8,862 bases of DNA from Candidatus Saccharimonadota bacterium (GTDB lineage Bacteria > Bacteroidota > Bacteroidia > Flavobacteriales > Blattabacteriaceae): positions 137,341-146,202 of the forward strand of contig NZ_CP104096.1 of NCBI RefSeq assembly GCF_033370915.1, read 5' to 3'. The position numbers and the translations under genes were made by a program. Within the stretch, counting starts at the first letter, position 1. Each line of letters starts with the position of its first letter. The notes below the pieces were generated by a model. The model saw only the letters and a list, made by a program, of their open reading frames with translations, did no database searches and was not told the origin of the DNA. Below, in pieces: positions 7,442 through 8,862 of the stretch.

Positions 7442-8559
7442 ATTATATTCATTATAATTATATATATATATTCTTTTTTAAGATTGGTTATAATAATTTT
7501 ATTTAAATCCATAGGTATTTTAATAATTACTATTTTAGTATTTATATATTTAATACATTTTAAAAATAAAAATAAATTAATTTTAAAATTTATTAAATTA
7601 TTTTTTATATTATTATTTATTTTAATATTAATTAATAAATTATTTATATTATTTTTAATTATAAAAATTATTTTATTATTTTTTATATATATATTTAATA
7701 TTTTATTTATATTATTTTTTTTAATTAAATTATAAATTATTATTAATGTATTTAATAATTTATTTTTATTAATTAATATTTTTATATATTTATTTTTTTT
7801 ATTTATTTTTTTAAATAAAATATTTATTTTATTTATTTTTTTTATTTTAAAAAAAAAATTACAATTATTTTTTTTAATTAAAATTATATTTTTATATATT
7901 ATTAAATTAATAATTATTTTATTAGATATAAAATATATTATTTTTTTTAAAATTTTAAAAAAATTACTTTTTATTTTAAATAAATAAATATTATTTATTT
8001 TTTTTTTTATTAATATTTTTTTTTTAATAAAAAATTTATTATTATCAGTAGAATATAATAATATAATATTTTTATAAATTTTAATATAATTATATTTATT
8101 TTTATTATTTAAAAAAAAAATATTTATTAATTTTAATATTTGTTTTTTTGTATATTTTAAACTTAATATTTTTTTTTTAATTTTTATTTTTAATAAATTT
8201 AATTTATTATTATTATATAGTTTAAATTTAAATAATAAATTATAATTTTGTAAAATTAAATATTTTTTATTTAATTTTAATCTGATATTTTTTTTATATT
8301 TTTTTTTTAAAAAAAAATATAAGATTTTAATTAAATAATTAAAATTTTTAATTATTAAATTTTTTTTTTTTAAAAAAAAATATTTATTTAATAAATTATT
8401 AATTTTTAAATAAGAAATAATAATATAATATTTTTTTTGAAATAAAAAATAAATTTTGTTTTTATAAAATATAAAATTTATTTTATTAATATTTAAAAAA
8501 TAATTAAAAAATGAGATAAAATATTTAAATTTATTAATATTTTTAATTATTATTTTCAT
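7438..8559 (-). CDS. dnaN: Probable DNA polymerase III beta subunit (sliding clamp), extremely degenerate; tentative
   Basis: 373-aa ORF, which is a clamp-like length. It starts MKIIIKN (DnaN usually starts MKFxIxR/K). LLYSTDNNKFFIKK at residues 167-180 lines up with the clamp motif xVATDGHRLA at about residue 172 in E. coli. The C-terminus EYIYIIIMNII resembles the xYxxxxMPMRx end. It overlaps the pheT start by ATGA. The identification rests on a few by-eye matches only. Confidence 0.5.
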   Translation of the reverse strand: MKIIIKNINKFKYFISFFNYFLNINKINFIFYKNKIYFLFQKKYYIIISYLKINNLLNKYFFLKKKNLIIKNFNYLIKILYFFLKKKYKKNIRLKLNKKYLILQNYNLLFKFKLYNNNKLNLLKIKIKKKILSLKYTKKQILKLINIFFLNNKNKYNYIKIYKNIILLYSTDNNKFFIKKKILIKKKINNIYLFKIKSNFFKILKKIIYFISNKIIINLIIYKNIILIKKNNCNFFFKIKKINKINILFKKINKKNKYIKILINKNKLLNTLIIIYNLIKKNNINKILNIYIKNNKIIFIIKNNINNLLINIKINNNIKNNLINFKINLFLFLKCIKYINTKIVIIKIPMDLNKIIITNLKKEYIYIIIMNII

Positions 8560-8591
8560 TTTATATAAAAATATATTAAATTATTATTAAT

Positions 8592-8667
8592 GGTTTGGTA
8601 GTTCAAATTTGGTTAGAATACGTGCCTGTCACGCACGAGGTTATGGGTTCAAATCCCATCCAAACCG
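8592..8667 (+). tRNA. tRNA-Asp (anticodon GTC)
   Basis: Hand-folded 76-nt cloverleaf: GGTTTGG TA GTTC AAATTTGGTTA GAAT A CGTGC CTGTCAC GCACG AGGTT ATGGG TTCAAAT CCCAT CCAAACC G. GTC is centred in the anticodon loop. No CCA is encoded. It forms a local G+C island in AT-only surroundings. Confidence 0.92.
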
Positions 8668-8670
8668 TAT

Positions 8671-8862
8671 ATGAAAAATATTAAAAATAGTATATATAAA
8701 ATATATACTCTATATATAATAGATAAGAAAATAAAAAATATTAATAAATTAATAAAATATAAAAAAAATAATAATTATTTTAATAATAAATTATTTTACA
8801 AAATATATATAATATTATTAAGACTAAAAAAAAGAAAAAAAAAATTAAATAAAAAAAAAAAA
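8671..8862 (+). CDS. Possible 5' end of an unidentified CDS running off the right edge
   Basis: An ATG at 8671 is followed by 63 codons with no stop up to the window end: MKNIKNSIYKIYTLYIIDKKIKNINKLIKYKKNNNYFNNKLFYKIYIILLRLKKRKKKLNKKKK. A 64-codon open stretch in A/T-only sequence is unlikely by chance, but the peptide has no recognisable motif. Confidence 0.25.
   Translation, partial: MKNIKNSIYKIYTLYIIDKKIKNINKLIKYKKNNNYFNNKLFYKIYIILLRLKKRKKKLNKKKK

Noticed and set aside
7484-7735. 83-aa plus-strand ORF inside the dnaN-like ORF.
   Set aside because: It is antisense to a much longer ORF and lies in a stretch with essentially no G/C. A hydrophobic I/L/F peptide is what the complement of K/N/I codons gives.
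8689-8709. 9-bp stem, 3-nt loop hairpin (agtatatat aaa atatatact) after tRNA-Asp as a terminator.
   Set aside because: The stem is nearly all A/T and weak. Palindromes like this are expected by chance at this composition, and it lies inside the open frame starting at 8671.
8668-8862. AT-rich tract next to the dnaN-like gene as a replication origin.
   Set aside because: There are no DnaA-box-like TTATCCACA repeats and no dnaA gene. The tract is no more AT-rich than the adjacent coding sequence, and it carries an unbroken reading frame.

Overview
This window is gene-dense and extremely AT-rich, and it contains only core housekeeping genes. It reads like a highly reduced obligate endosymbiont genome. 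The layout is as follows.

- Minus strand: rpsB (runs off the left edge), then rpsI and rplM.
- Plus strand: dnaK, followed by a perfect 18-bp inverted repeat.
- Minus strand: tRNA-Arg(ACG), tgt, an eroded dnaB remnant that fills the tgt/pheT spacer, pheT, and a very degenerate ORF I tentatively read as dnaN.
- Plus strand: tRNA-Asp(GTC) and an unstopped reading frame that runs off the right edge.

The rplM-rpsI-rpsB linkage, the look of the DnaK and Tgt sequences, and the absence of Shine-Dalgarno motifs are consistent with a Bacteroidota (Flavobacteriales-like) insect symbiont. That placement is inference from memory, not a search result. The standard code fits: every called CDS stops at TAA except dnaN, which stops at TGA, and conserved Trp positions use TGG.

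I see no CRISPR array, mobile element, defence system or toxin system. The notable signals are all genome-erosion phenomena:

- a recognisable but shattered dnaB pseudogene;
- a 373-codon intact ORF with about 3% G+C;
- a near-perfect 30-bp tandem repeat translated as a decapeptide-repeat tail on ribosomal protein S2;
- a Tgt that keeps its catalytic motifs but has lost all four zinc ligands.
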